A stretch of 64,000 bases of DNA, from IMG/VR virus record IMGVR_UViG_3300021952_000001, positions 50,356 through 114,355 of that record; one strand, written 5' to 3'. The notes under the pieces were generated by a model. That model was not told the DNA's origin. It did no database searches and saw only the letters and a program-made list of their open reading frames with translations. The position numbers and the translations under genes are program-made. Positions 1-9,357 of this stretch are shown here, in pieces (the first letter of the stretch is position 1; every line of letters starts with the position of its first letter). The stretch comes from a virus. Taxonomy: Duplodnaviria > Caudoviricetes.

Positions 1-708
1 TACCAAGAAGCTTTTGATGCCATATTTGTAAAAGGAGTTAATCCTAAAGATTACTTCGGTACTTACAATCAAGTAGTTGATTTTGCTGAGATGGATTTAG
101 CTGATGAAAATAATCAAGTTAGAATTATCAAACAAGCACTTACTGATCAAGGATTTGATCCTGAAGATGTAGAAACAGAAGTTGAAAGACTTAAAAACTA
201 TGGAGATCTAGAAAGTGTTGCAGCTAAACATCATAAGGTATTGGTTAAAAAAGAAGCAGCTAAGCTTCAACAAATGGAATCTAAAGCTCAGCAAGAGTTA
301 CAACAAAAGCAAGCAATTAGAAACCAATATATTACAAATGTTCAATCTATCCTACAGGATAAAGTGAAGAATAAAGAGTTTGATGGTATTCCTATCAATC
401 CAAAAATAGCAGGCGAACTACAAGACTTCTTATTAGTTGATAAGTGGAAAACTCCTTCAGGAGAAACTCTTACAGACTTTGATCGTGCTATTTTGGATAT
501 GAAGAAACCAGAGAACCACGAGATGAAAGTTAAGGTGGGTCTTATTCTAAAAATGTTAGAAAAAGATCCTACATTATCAACCATACAAAGAACAGGTGTG
601 ACTAAAAAGTCTAATCAGTTATTTGGAGAAGTTGCTAGACAGGTTTCTAAAGCTAAGAGTAGCGGAGGTCCTGGTTCAAAAGCTGACCCTAAATCATGGT
701 TCTTATAA
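1..708 (+). CDS. Conserved crAss-like protein upstream of MCP (putative scaffold/head assembly), 5'-truncated
   Basis: Frame 1 is open from base 1 (YQEAFDAIFVKG...) through the tracked ORF 91..708; helical/coiled-coil content; lies directly before MCP. Confidence 0.6.
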   Translation, partial: YQEAFDAIFVKGVNPKDYFGTYNQVVDFAEMDLADENNQVRIIKQALTDQGFDPEDVETEVERLKNYGDLESVAAKHHKVLVKKEAAKLQQMESKAQQELQQKQAIRNQYITNVQSILQDKVKNKEFDGIPINPKIAGELQDFLLVDKWKTPSGETLTDFDRAILDMKKPENHEMKVKVGLILKMLEKDPTLSTIQRTGVTKKSNQLFGEVARQVSKAKSSGGPGSKADPKSWFL

Positions 709-742
709 CAAACATATTAATAATTAACAAATTCGAATAAAA

Positions 743-2296
743 ATGGCAGTTCAAACAATCCCTGGGTTAACTGGTTTTACTTACGCTCGTGTTGCCTCTA
801 TGGACAAACGTGCAGTAGGAAAACTTACTGACTCAAATCACTTAGAGTCTTTTCACTCTACTGAGCCTGCTGACTATGATAAAAAAATCATCAGTCTGTA
901 TACGCAAAGCTCATTGTACAGTAACGACTTCTTGGACATGATCAACAAGAGCACTCCTTATTACATTGATAATAACAGTGACGCTTGGAAATGGCAAGTA
1001 GCAGTTCCTTACAAATTCCCTAAAATTATCGATGTTCCTAGTTCTACTCAACAATTGTTGAAACCAGGTATCGATGGTCAAGAATTTCAATTAGTAATTG
1101 ATACTAATGAGTTTTCTAAAAATGCAATTGTATCTGTAGGTACTCGTCAGTACGGTCCTAGATTCTATGTAATCAAAGATCCTGTGCCTTGGAATGCTGG
1201 TTACTTGTATACATTTAACTTGGTAACTGATAACCCAACAGTTGATTTCGTAACTCCAAATTTCTTACAAGTAGGTATTGAGTTAGAATTGGTTGATGCT
1301 GCTATCGGTGAGTTTGATCAAGACTTATTAGGTCTTCCTCGTTTAGGTGAGCAAATCACTATGTTTGAATCTTTAGGTTCTGCATATGGATATGAGCACA
1401 AAATCACAGAATGGGCTGATGACAAAATGATGAGAGATGCTGGTGGTAAACCATTAGATATCTTGGTATATGCTCCACAAAGACGTAACCAATTACCTTT
1501 AACTCGTAATGATGTTAAATGGGAACCGTTCATCGAGTTCTGGATGCGTAAATCTATGTTAGAATTGAAAGTTAAACGTATGATCTGGGCTAAACCTGGA
1601 ACAGTTAAAACTAATGGTTCTAAACAAGAAGTTAAACGTACATCTGCAGGTGTTTACCACAGAATGCGTAACAACGGAAACTTGGTACAATACAACCGTG
1701 GAGAATTCTCTGCTAACTTGATTCGTTCAGTATTTGGAGATTTGTTCTACAGAAGAGTAGATGTTAAAGACCGTAGAGTTAAAATGTACACTAATGAGGC
1801 TGGATTCGATGTATTCCAACAAGCTCTTAAAACTGATGCATTAAATTCAGGTCTTACTTTCATGGCTGATTCTGGAAACAGATACATGCAAGGAGAAGGA
1901 CAACATATCACTTACAACTTTGCATTTGATGCAATGGTAACTCGTGAGACTGGACGTGTTGAATTGATTCACTTGAAAGAATTAGATTTACCTCAAACTA
2001 ACTTAGAGTTTGGACAAAACAAAAAATCTACTCCAGTATTTATGGTGTTTGATGTTTCTCCAATGTCTGATGGTTCAATGGTGAACAACATCCGTGAAGT
2101 TCGTATGAAAGGTGCGCCTTCTATGACTTGGGGTTATATTGATGGTACTCGTCACCACTTAGGTTTTGCTAAGTCTCAAGGTATGAGTTCAGCTAACAAA
2201 TTCCCAGGATACGAAATCTGGATGAAAGACAGATGTGATGTATTCATTGAAGATTTATCAAGAACTGTATTGATCGAAGAGATCCCACAATTCTAA
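743..2296 (+). CDS. Major capsid protein (crAss-like, HK97 fold)
   Basis: 517 aa, strongly biased codon usage (CGT/TTC/AAC), position at the head of the crAss-like structural block. Confidence 0.85.
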   Translation: MAVQTIPGLTGFTYARVASMDKRAVGKLTDSNHLESFHSTEPADYDKKIISLYTQSSLYSNDFLDMINKSTPYYIDNNSDAWKWQVAVPYKFPKIIDVPSSTQQLLKPGIDGQEFQLVIDTNEFSKNAIVSVGTRQYGPRFYVIKDPVPWNAGYLYTFNLVTDNPTVDFVTPNFLQVGIELELVDAAIGEFDQDLLGLPRLGEQITMFESLGSAYGYEHKITEWADDKMMRDAGGKPLDILVYAPQRRNQLPLTRNDVKWEPFIEFWMRKSMLELKVKRMIWAKPGTVKTNGSKQEVKRTSAGVYHRMRNNGNLVQYNRGEFSANLIRSVFGDLFYRRVDVKDRRVKMYTNEAGFDVFQQALKTDALNSGLTFMADSGNRYMQGEGQHITYNFAFDAMVTRETGRVELIHLKELDLPQTNLEFGQNKKSTPVFMVFDVSPMSDGSMVNNIREVRMKGAPSMTWGYIDGTRHHLGFAKSQGMSSANKFPGYEIWMKDRCDVFIEDLSRTVLIEEIPQF

Positions 2297-2310
2297 TAAA
2301 TAAGAATTCC

Positions 2311-2408
2311 GAGAAAGATCCCCTCATCCCCACTCCCTCCTAGAGGGGATCAATCTCAATCATAGACTTAGTAAAGCCTCTTATGTTTTAACATAATGTA
2401 ACTAAGTT
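2311..2408 (+). ncRNA. Two stem-loops in the MCP downstream region (structured RNA or processing/termination element)
   Basis: GATCCCCTC(2317-2325)/GAGGGGATC(2343-2351) with a C-rich 17-nt loop; ACTTAGT(2366-2372)/ACTAAGT(2401-2407) enclosing TTATGT/ACATAA. Confidence 0.45.
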
Positions 2409-2409
2409 A

Positions 2410-2464
2410 TAGAGTGATGGATTAGGCATTTCCTGATTGCATTCCCTTCGATGGGAACACTCTA
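2410..2464 (+). ncRNA. D-armless tRNA-like element
   Basis: 7-bp TAGAGTG/CACTCTA stem stacked on a 5-bp TTCCC/GGGAA arm with a TTCGAT loop, plus an ATTAGG/CCTGAT arm. Confidence 0.5.
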
Positions 2465-2469
2465 CAAAT

Positions 2470-2543
2470 CGTGTGGTAGAGCAGTTGGTTAGCTTGCTGG
2501 ACTCATAATCCAGAGGTCGTAGGTTCGAGTCCTACCCACGCAA
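2470..2543 (+). tRNA. tRNA-Met (CAT), initiator-like; CCA not encoded
   Basis: Full cloverleaf: CGTGTGG/CCACGCA, D arm GAGC/GCTT, CTGGA-CTCATAA-TCCAG, GTAGG-TTCGAGT-CCTAC; C1:A72 mismatch and A11:U24. Confidence 0.93.
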
Positions 2544-2579
2544 CTAAAATAAACCAAACATTATTAATTAAACTACATT

Positions 2580-3548
2580 ATGGGTAAATTAGGAAAGATC
2601 TCTACAATCAAAAGAGAGTATACCACTTCTCAATTGCAAACAATGCAAAGTGGGTTGGCACAGAAAGGATTAACTAGAATTCCTGGTACAGGAGTTTTTA
2701 AGTATCCTTACAAAGAATTAGATGGTAAGTATAGAACAGGATTAGATCCAGATGCTGCTTACATTAGACGAATTGCAGATCCAACTGAAAGAGAATTAGA
2801 AACTGAAAGAGTTACTAATCTACGAGCTAAACTTGAAGCTGATCTAGGTGATATTGATCTTGGTCCACGTTCTAAGTTCTGGAACTATGGATTATCAACT
2901 TCTACAGAAGATCAATCTCATGTGCAGCCAGTTAAATTGTTAGATGGTGATAACTATTATGATCTTTCTATTCCGTTTCAAGAACTTGCTTTTGCATGGT
3001 TGAGAGTACATCCTACTATTGCTTCTTCATACCAAGCTTGGGAAAGAGGAGATTATCCTGCAGATACTCAATTCTACATTGTAGATGATGAGATTGAAAA
3101 TGCAGTGGTCTTCAAGAAAAAACAATTGATCAACAAAGCTATTGTTAAGTTTGATGCAATGACTCCTGAGAAAAAACGTAAAGTGGGTAGATTATTAGGT
3201 CTTCCAGTTACAGAGGATACAAAAGAAGAAGTTGTATACAACCAAGTAGATAACATGTTGAAACAATCAGAATTTAAGTCTGGTGCTTTCCAAGGATTAA
3301 ATCCTGTAGAAGTATTCAACAGATTTGCTGACATGAAGGAAAATTTACTCCATATTAAAGATTTAGTTAAACAAGCTATTGCTCATTCAATTTATAGAGT
3401 TAAACCAAGTGGTAAAGTTTATGAAGGTGAATTTGAAATTGCTAAAGATGAAGAAGATCTTATCAAGTTCTTAGCTGATGATGACCATCAAGATGAGTTA
3501 CTTGTATTAGAAGGAAAACTAAAAACTAAAAAACTAGCTTCTGTTTAA
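2580..3548 (+). CDS. Conserved crAss-like protein following MCP
   Basis: 322 aa ORF in the conserved position after MCP. Confidence 0.6.
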   Translation: MGKLGKISTIKREYTTSQLQTMQSGLAQKGLTRIPGTGVFKYPYKELDGKYRTGLDPDAAYIRRIADPTERELETERVTNLRAKLEADLGDIDLGPRSKFWNYGLSTSTEDQSHVQPVKLLDGDNYYDLSIPFQELAFAWLRVHPTIASSYQAWERGDYPADTQFYIVDDEIENAVVFKKKQLINKAIVKFDAMTPEKKRKVGRLLGLPVTEDTKEEVVYNQVDNMLKQSEFKSGAFQGLNPVEVFNRFADMKENLLHIKDLVKQAIAHSIYRVKPSGKVYEGEFEIAKDEEDLIKFLADDDHQDELLVLEGKLKTKKLASV

Positions 3549-3560
3549 GGAGCTAGTTTT
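3530..3560 (+). terminator. Hairpin overlapping the stop codon (possible partial terminator)
   Basis: AAAACTAGCT...AGCTAGTTTT inverted repeat. Confidence 0.4.
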
Positions 3561-3576
3561 ATAAATATACAAGCAT

Positions 3577-4308
3577 ATGATACCAGTAGATAGTTTATTA
3601 TACAAGATTGATCAAAAACTAAATAAACTATCAACTAATGAGCACCAACAGATTCAACTAGAAGACAAAATCTTAGCTCTGAATGAGGCTCAGATAAAGT
3701 TGATAAAACAAAAAGTTGATGGCATTAGTGCTGCAAATGCAATGGGAATGGATGCTTTTAAGAAGCGTTATGAAGACCTACAAAGTCTTGTAATGAATTA
3801 TGATCATCAACCATTACCTTTAGTATTGAAGGATGCTAATTTAAATCAATGGGCTGCTAATGTACATACATTAGAACCAAAGTATATGTTCTACGTTGAT
3901 AGCTATGCATTAGCTGATAAAGGTAGATGTATAGATAGACAGATCTGGATTAATCGAGATCTAGCTAAACACGGAGATTTACAGTTCATACTAAACAATG
4001 AACATTACAAACCTTCATTTGAATATCAAGAAACATTTAACTTTCTTGCTTCTGATGAGATAAGTATATTCACTGATGGAACTTTCACTCCAAAGACATT
4101 ACAAATAATGTATATGCGTTATCCTGATTATATTAATAAAGAAGGATATATTATGTTAGATGGAACACCTTCTTTTGATCAAGACTGTGAACTTGAAACA
4201 TATCTAGAGGATGAATTATTAGATTTAACAGTTCAAAACCTAGCAATGTATACTGAGAATCAATCTGCTGTACAAAATGCAGCATATAGGATTCAAACAA
4301 ACGAATAA
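3577..4308 (+). CDS. Tail ring (head-tail adaptor) protein
   Basis: 243 aa; helical N-terminus (..LNEAQ..) and C-terminal YMRYP...CEL..L.DE pattern typical of crAss ring proteins; synteny. Confidence 0.6.
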   Translation: MIPVDSLLYKIDQKLNKLSTNEHQQIQLEDKILALNEAQIKLIKQKVDGISAANAMGMDAFKKRYEDLQSLVMNYDHQPLPLVLKDANLNQWAANVHTLEPKYMFYVDSYALADKGRCIDRQIWINRDLAKHGDLQFILNNEHYKPSFEYQETFNFLASDEISIFTDGTFTPKTLQIMYMRYPDYINKEGYIMLDGTPSFDQDCELETYLEDELLDLTVQNLAMYTENQSAVQNAAYRIQTNE

Positions 4309-4332
4309 ACTATTAATTTAAATAAATAAACA

Positions 4333-5430
4333 ATGGCTGATTTTTCATTAACCACGTTATTCGTGGTGCCAGTAGGACAGACTGTTCTTCCTAGCTCTGG
4401 TTCGACACAAGATCTTACTGCAGGTCAAGTAGGTATCTTCAACAGCAATTATGCAACTGTTAACGCAGGAACTATTGCAGCATCTCCTTATTTCTACGTT
4501 GCACAAGGTAGAGCTAACACTTACTTGCAAGGATCTAAAAGATCTGACAAAATTGCTAGTAATGGTTCTAACGTAACTGAATGGTACAAAGTATCAGGAA
4601 CTACAACTGCAAATGTTCAAGTTACAGATGTAACAGATTTTAATGTACAAGCAGGTGAGGATATCACTTTGACTTTACGTGCTCACTCAAGCTACTTGGA
4701 TACATTGTACTTCAATGGATTTACACGTTCAGTAACTGTAGCTGCTGCATGTTTAGAGTGTGGTGGTGATCCATGTGCTAGTGTTGATGTAAATGCATTA
4801 ATTGATGCTTTGATTGCAAAATTAGAAGCTCAAGCTCCAGGTACTAACCCTGACAACATTTCATTGAACCAATTTTATACATTTGAAAATGTAGGTGGTA
4901 CAATTTTACGTATTACTGGTAAACCATTAACTGCATATGGACAACCATGTGATGTAGCTGCTTTTCCTTACGAATATGACAGAATGTATTTCCGTACTTT
5001 CGTATATGCTGGACCTGCTACAACTGCTGACTTTATTGTTGCTGACAACTGTAACATTGTTGCTACAGCTACTGTAACTCAAGAAGCTTCTTACCCAACA
5101 GGTGTATCTGCAGAGATTGCACAATTGGAGAAAAACTTCTACAGCTACCAAGCTGGTTACTTGAAACATTTATATAGAATGAATGGTTACAATGAGAACT
5201 TTGAGTCTTATGTAGCTGCTGGTATCGCTTATGATACATTTTATATCAAATTCAACGAGTACAACAAAGGTGCTTATGTATGGGGTGATTATATCCATGA
5301 AGATGCTACTGTAATTATTGCTGTTCCAGTTAACTCAATGCTTACAAGTTCTCTTCAAAGTACGTTAGAAGCTGCTTTAGGTGCTCTTCCAAGCCCTTCT
5401 TCAACTACTACTACTACTACAACTATGTAA
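4333..5430 (+). CDS. Auxiliary capsid (decoration) protein with C-terminal poly-Thr tail
   Basis: 365 aa beta-rich, high-expression codon bias like MCP, followed by a terminator; ends SPSSTTTTTTTM. Confidence 0.65.
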   Translation: MADFSLTTLFVVPVGQTVLPSSGSTQDLTAGQVGIFNSNYATVNAGTIAASPYFYVAQGRANTYLQGSKRSDKIASNGSNVTEWYKVSGTTTANVQVTDVTDFNVQAGEDITLTLRAHSSYLDTLYFNGFTRSVTVAAACLECGGDPCASVDVNALIDALIAKLEAQAPGTNPDNISLNQFYTFENVGGTILRITGKPLTAYGQPCDVAAFPYEYDRMYFRTFVYAGPATTADFIVADNCNIVATATVTQEASYPTGVSAEIAQLEKNFYSYQAGYLKHLYRMNGYNENFESYVAAGIAYDTFYIKFNEYNKGAYVWGDYIHEDATVIIAVPVNSMLTSSLQSTLEAALGALPSPSSTTTTTTTM

Positions 5431-5462
5431 TCCATAGAAGGTAGAAAATTTTAACAATAACC

Positions 5463-5510
5463 TATGCCAGGGGAAAGAGGATAACTCATATTCCTCTGGC
5501 ATATTTATTT
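5463..5510 (+). terminator. Intrinsic terminator-like hairpin
   Basis: TATGCCAGGGGAA...TTCCTCTGGCATA followed by TTTATTT. Confidence 0.6.
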
Positions 5511-5517
5511 AAACAAC

Positions 5518-6081
5518 ATGGCAGATTTAAAACTAGATATAATTGTAGTTCCTACATATAATGTATTTAACTTAGCAATTATGGATGCTTCTACATATCC
5601 TGATGATCCACCTTTGGTATCAGGTGCAACTATTGATATAGATGTACCAGGATTTGGTTTAGTAAGCTTACCATTCATAGTTGGTGAATTGAATATATTT
5701 ACATCATCAAATCTTGGCATAAGTGCTGTTGGTGTGAGTGAACCTCTCCCTGATGGAATATATCATTTAAGATATTCTATTGCACCAGCTACAACTAATT
5801 TTGTTGAGAAAACAATTATTCGTGTAGATAAACTACAAGAGAAGTTTGATGAAGCTTTTATGAAACTTGATATGATGGAATGTGATAGAGCTATTAAGAC
5901 ACAAGCAAAAGTGGATCTTAATACTGTATATTTCTTTATTCAAGGATCAATAGCAGCAGCTAACAACTGTGCTGAGGTAGAGGCTAACAAATTGTACACT
6001 CAAGCAAATAAAATGTTAAATAACTTTATAAAAACCAATTGTGGTTGTTCAGGTAACAACTATCAAGTAAACTTTTACTAA
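5518..6081 (+). CDS. Putative tail hub/fibre-attachment protein
   Basis: 187 aa, LPDGIY motif and Cys-containing helical C-terminus; synteny with crAss hub genes. Confidence 0.5.
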   Translation: MADLKLDIIVVPTYNVFNLAIMDASTYPDDPPLVSGATIDIDVPGFGLVSLPFIVGELNIFTSSNLGISAVGVSEPLPDGIYHLRYSIAPATTNFVEKTIIRVDKLQEKFDEAFMKLDMMECDRAIKTQAKVDLNTVYFFIQGSIAAANNCAEVEANKLYTQANKMLNNFIKTNCGCSGNNYQVNFY

Positions 6082-6082
6082 T

Positions 6083-6181
6083 ATGGCAACTTGTAATTCA
6101 TGTGGAGCTAATGTGGGATGTGGATGTAACTTAAACAAAAGTGGACAATGCGCAGCCTGTGCTTCTAAAGTAAATAAATAA
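6083..6181 (+). CDS. 32-aa Cys-rich miniprotein (not in ORF track)
   Basis: MATCNSCGANVGCGCNLNKSGQCAACASKVNK; 6 Cys; fills the gap between flanking genes exactly. Confidence 0.65.
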   Translation: MATCNSCGANVGCGCNLNKSGQCAACASKVNK

Positions 6182-6187
6182 TAAATT

Positions 6188-7102
6188 ATGTTATCACCTA
6201 GATTAACAAATTGTGTTGAGTGTTCAACTATACCAGTTTTATTAAACAATATAGATTGTAAACTTGCAGAGATGGCTAATAATTTATATAACAATGTTAT
6301 ATTAATGCTTAACCAACCTGTTCAAGGAAATACAATTATTGATCTATTGAACTACAGAAGAATACTTACTTTCAAGTATTGTAATCCAGATTATGCTGGA
6401 TGTTATACAGTACCAATGATTGCTAGTAGAATTAAAATTCTAACAGCTGGATGTAAAACTATTCCATGTCAACCATGTATGGAACCACTTACAACAACTA
6501 GTACTTCTAGTACCAGTACCAGTACCAGTACCAGTACATCAACTAGTACAAGTACAACAACAACTACCACTACAACAGATCCATATTATTACTATATAGC
6601 TAATTTATATGCATGTCCTAATTGTGATACTCCTAGTGGTACTGATACAATAATTAAATCAGTATCTCCTTTAACTATTGGAAATTGGATTCCTTGGGTT
6701 AGTGGTGGTAATGTTTATATGTTCAATGTATTGTCTGTAACAAGTCCTTTTTATATGGCAACATTTATTGATGCTGGTGGAGAAATTACAACCTGTGGTT
6801 GTCCGACAACTACAACTACTACTACCACAATTGCAGGTCCTACTATTAACATAGGACTAGATGTATCATCTGGATGTAATATACTTACTCCAATTAGTGG
6901 AACATTTGATGGTGGTACTTTTTGTACTTCTTCAACTATAACTTCATTAGGACTTCCATTTAGTGATTATATAGGATCACCTGATACATATGTATCATTT
7001 TTTGTATCTGATGGTAGTGGTCAATATAGAGAGGTACTCAATCCTGCAATAGGTGAACATACAGCAACAATTATAGGACCTTGTTCAACTTGTCCAGTAT
7101 AA
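6188..7102 (+). CDS. Putative tail hub protein with two Thr/Ser tracts and appended Cys-rich modules
   Basis: Helical Cys-containing N-terminus, TTTSTSSTSTST... and PTTTTTTTT linkers. Confidence 0.55.
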   Translation: MLSPRLTNCVECSTIPVLLNNIDCKLAEMANNLYNNVILMLNQPVQGNTIIDLLNYRRILTFKYCNPDYAGCYTVPMIASRIKILTAGCKTIPCQPCMEPLTTTSTSSTSTSTSTSTSTSTSTTTTTTTTDPYYYYIANLYACPNCDTPSGTDTIIKSVSPLTIGNWIPWVSGGNVYMFNVLSVTSPFYMATFIDAGGEITTCGCPTTTTTTTTIAGPTINIGLDVSSGCNILTPISGTFDGGTFCTSSTITSLGLPFSDYIGSPDTYVSFFVSDGSGQYREVLNPAIGEHTATIIGPCSTCPV

Positions 7103-7131
7103 TAAATTAATAATATATAAATAAAAATAAA

Positions 7132-7356
7132 ATGAGTTGTACCAATTGCTTTAATGGTTGTGCTGAAACAACTTCAGATCAATGTGTAAAATATACAGGA
7201 ATAGACATTCCTGAATTAGGTATTGTCAAAGGTGACCCTTTAGCTGCTGTGTTGCAAAGTATCAATGATGCCATTATAGCGCTACAGATAGCTATTACAA
7301 CAACAACTACTACCACTGTGGCACCAACTACCACAACAACTACTACTAGTGCTTAA
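7132..7356 (+). CDS. Small fibre-arm-like protein with poly-Thr tail
   Basis: CVKYTG..I..LGI..GD.L...L..I..AI module shared with the N-terminus of 41412..43256; C-terminal Thr tracts. Confidence 0.6.
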   Translation: MSCTNCFNGCAETTSDQCVKYTGIDIPELGIVKGDPLAAVLQSINDAIIALQIAITTTTTTTVAPTTTTTTTSA

Positions 7357-7367
7357 AACCAAAGAAT

Positions 7368-7952
7368 ATGACAGTATTAATAACATTAACAACGGCAGGA
7401 ACAGATTCTGGTCCTTTTAGTTTATATTCAAATCTAGATGGATTTGTTACACCATTTGAAACAGGTGTAAGTAGATTTGCATTAGAAGCTGGATATACAT
7501 CTACACTTGTTCCAGATTTTACAGCCACTGTAAGAGTTAAATCTACAGGAGCATGTACAAACTATACAGATTTGCCTATTACAGGTACAACCACAACTAC
7601 AAGTAGTAGTACCACTACAAGTACAACTACTATCCCTGCTTATGTGTTTAGTAATGGTACAATCTTAAGTAAAGCATCTAGTTCAGGAACTGTTACAGAA
7701 ACTATAACAGGAACATTAACTGTAAACTCAGGACCTGCAGTATTTCATGCAAGAATAAATGTAAATACTGGTGATTCAGGATATGTTAATTTTACAGTGA
7801 GTGGTATTGATGCTAGTATAATTTCTAGATCTGGATCAGGTATTAGTGATGGTCCAAGTTTCTCTGTACCTGTAGGAGTATATTCTTATTCATTAAGAGT
7901 AGATGCAACAAGTGCACCTGTATTTACAGTAGTGACTGGAGAAATTGTATAA
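7368..7952 (+). CDS. Virion-associated protein: Ig-like N-module, Thr/Ser tract, beta-rich C-module
   Basis: N-terminus (I.LT..G...GPF..Y...VS...L..G...S.G.CT) resembles the N-terminus of 16465..17331. Confidence 0.55.
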   Translation: MTVLITLTTAGTDSGPFSLYSNLDGFVTPFETGVSRFALEAGYTSTLVPDFTATVRVKSTGACTNYTDLPITGTTTTTSSSTTTSTTTIPAYVFSNGTILSKASSSGTVTETITGTLTVNSGPAVFHARINVNTGDSGYVNFTVSGIDASIISRSGSGISDGPSFSVPVGVYSYSLRVDATSAPVFTVVTGEIV

Positions 7953-7994
7953 TATATTTCAGTAGGTTTGTTGGTTTTCTTACTGAACATAATT

Positions 7995-8026
7995 CCTCAG
8001 TGTAATATTTTACACTGGGGTTTTTT
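7995..8026 (+). terminator. Intrinsic terminator
   Basis: CCTCAGTGTAA-TATT-TTACACTGGGG followed by TTTTTT. Confidence 0.8.
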
Positions 8027-8028
8027 GT

Positions 8029-8108
8029 TTTATAACTATTTTAGTTATAAATAATAACCTGTCTAATTAAAAATATTTGGAAAGTATAAAAACTATTCTT
8101 TATCTTTA
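8029..8108 (+). promoter_or_regulatory. Palindromic operator plus Bacteroidota-type -33/-7 promoter
   Basis: TTTATAACTA-TTT-TAGTTATAAA (8029-8051); TTTG 8076-8079; TATCTTTA 8101-8108 (near-consensus TAnnTTTG). Confidence 0.6.
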
Positions 8109-8137
8109 CCATATTTTTTAACTAAATAGCACTCTAT

Positions 8138-9355
8138 ATGTCTGAAAACCAAGCATTGTTAAATCAATTAGAAGACCTGCTTCGATTAAAAAGATCTAAA
8201 AAATTCTACGCTGAAAGACTTGGAATTACAGAATCTGAAGTAAATGATTTGTTAAAAGAATTGAAAGAACAGAATAACGAACCTCTACCAGAAGTTTATA
8301 ATGCTGTTACAAAGAAAGTTAATATTGACAAAGGTACATTAGAAAGTACAATTGTTTCTGACTTTGATCCAAAGGATGATATTGAACTAGCCAAATTACA
8401 TAAAATAGATCTTGACAAGTATGTTATTACAAACTACTGGTCTAAGATGTTACCAAGTGGGAAGTTTACTTCCTCAGTCTTCTCAAAAAGAAAACAAGCA
8501 GAAGATTATTCTCCCGAAGACTTTATCAAGTTTTTAGAAAACTACACACCTAGACCTCAATCAATATTTGCTGTTGATGTTGATAGTAGTAAAGAACATG
8601 TGAATGTTGAAATATCATTATCAGATTATCACTTAGCCAAAAGACATATTGATGGAGATAACAGTCCTGCTGAAAGAGCTAGACGTTATTTTAATGTTGC
8701 TGAGTCATTAATTAGAAAAGTGAGATCAATATATAACATAGACACAATTGTGTTCCCTATATCGAATGATTTCTTTCACACTGATAACTATCAACATCAA
8801 ACTACAAATGGTACACCACAGGACACTATAATGGATTATAGTTCTGAGTATGAATTAGGATTTGATATTCTAGTTAGCACTATTAACATGTTGAAAAACA
8901 ATTGTAGTAATGTAGAAGTTATATTAGTTCAAGGTAATCATGATAGAACTAAATCATTTTATCTTGCACATGCATTAGATGTGTTCTTCAAGAATAATTA
9001 TGATGTAAGATTTAAAAGAGAACATAGTGTTGTAAAAGGAATAACATTAGGTAATACATTTATTGGTTGGCACCATGGCAACTGTAAAATAGAAGATCTT
9101 CCTTTATTATTTGCTACACATCCAGATTATAGTAAAGAATTTGGTAATGCAACATTTAGAGAAGTTCATACAGGTGATAAACATCACTACATGGCTAAAG
9201 AAATTAAGGGAGTAAGAATACAACAAATGCCTAGTTTATCAGGAACTGATAGATGGCATCTAGATAGTAATTATGTACATTCAGTACGAGCAGCCCTGGC
9301 TTTAGTTTATGATTATAAACATGGAAAGGTTTGCGAGTTTGAAGAAAGAATTTAA
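8138..9355 (+). CDS. Calcineurin-like metallophosphoesterase with N-terminal HTH-like segment
   Basis: Motifs SDYH, NDFFH, GNHD, HHG, GDKHH; N-terminal YAERLGITESEV. Confidence 0.8.
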   Translation: MSENQALLNQLEDLLRLKRSKKFYAERLGITESEVNDLLKELKEQNNEPLPEVYNAVTKKVNIDKGTLESTIVSDFDPKDDIELAKLHKIDLDKYVITNYWSKMLPSGKFTSSVFSKRKQAEDYSPEDFIKFLENYTPRPQSIFAVDVDSSKEHVNVEISLSDYHLAKRHIDGDNSPAERARRYFNVAESLIRKVRSIYNIDTIVFPISNDFFHTDNYQHQTTNGTPQDTIMDYSSEYELGFDILVSTINMLKNNCSNVEVILVQGNHDRTKSFYLAHALDVFFKNNYDVRFKREHSVVKGITLGNTFIGWHHGNCKIEDLPLLFATHPDYSKEFGNATFREVHTGDKHHYMAKEIKGVRIQQMPSLSGTDRWHLDSNYVHSVRAALALVYDYKHGKVCEFEERI

Positions 9356-9357
9356 AA

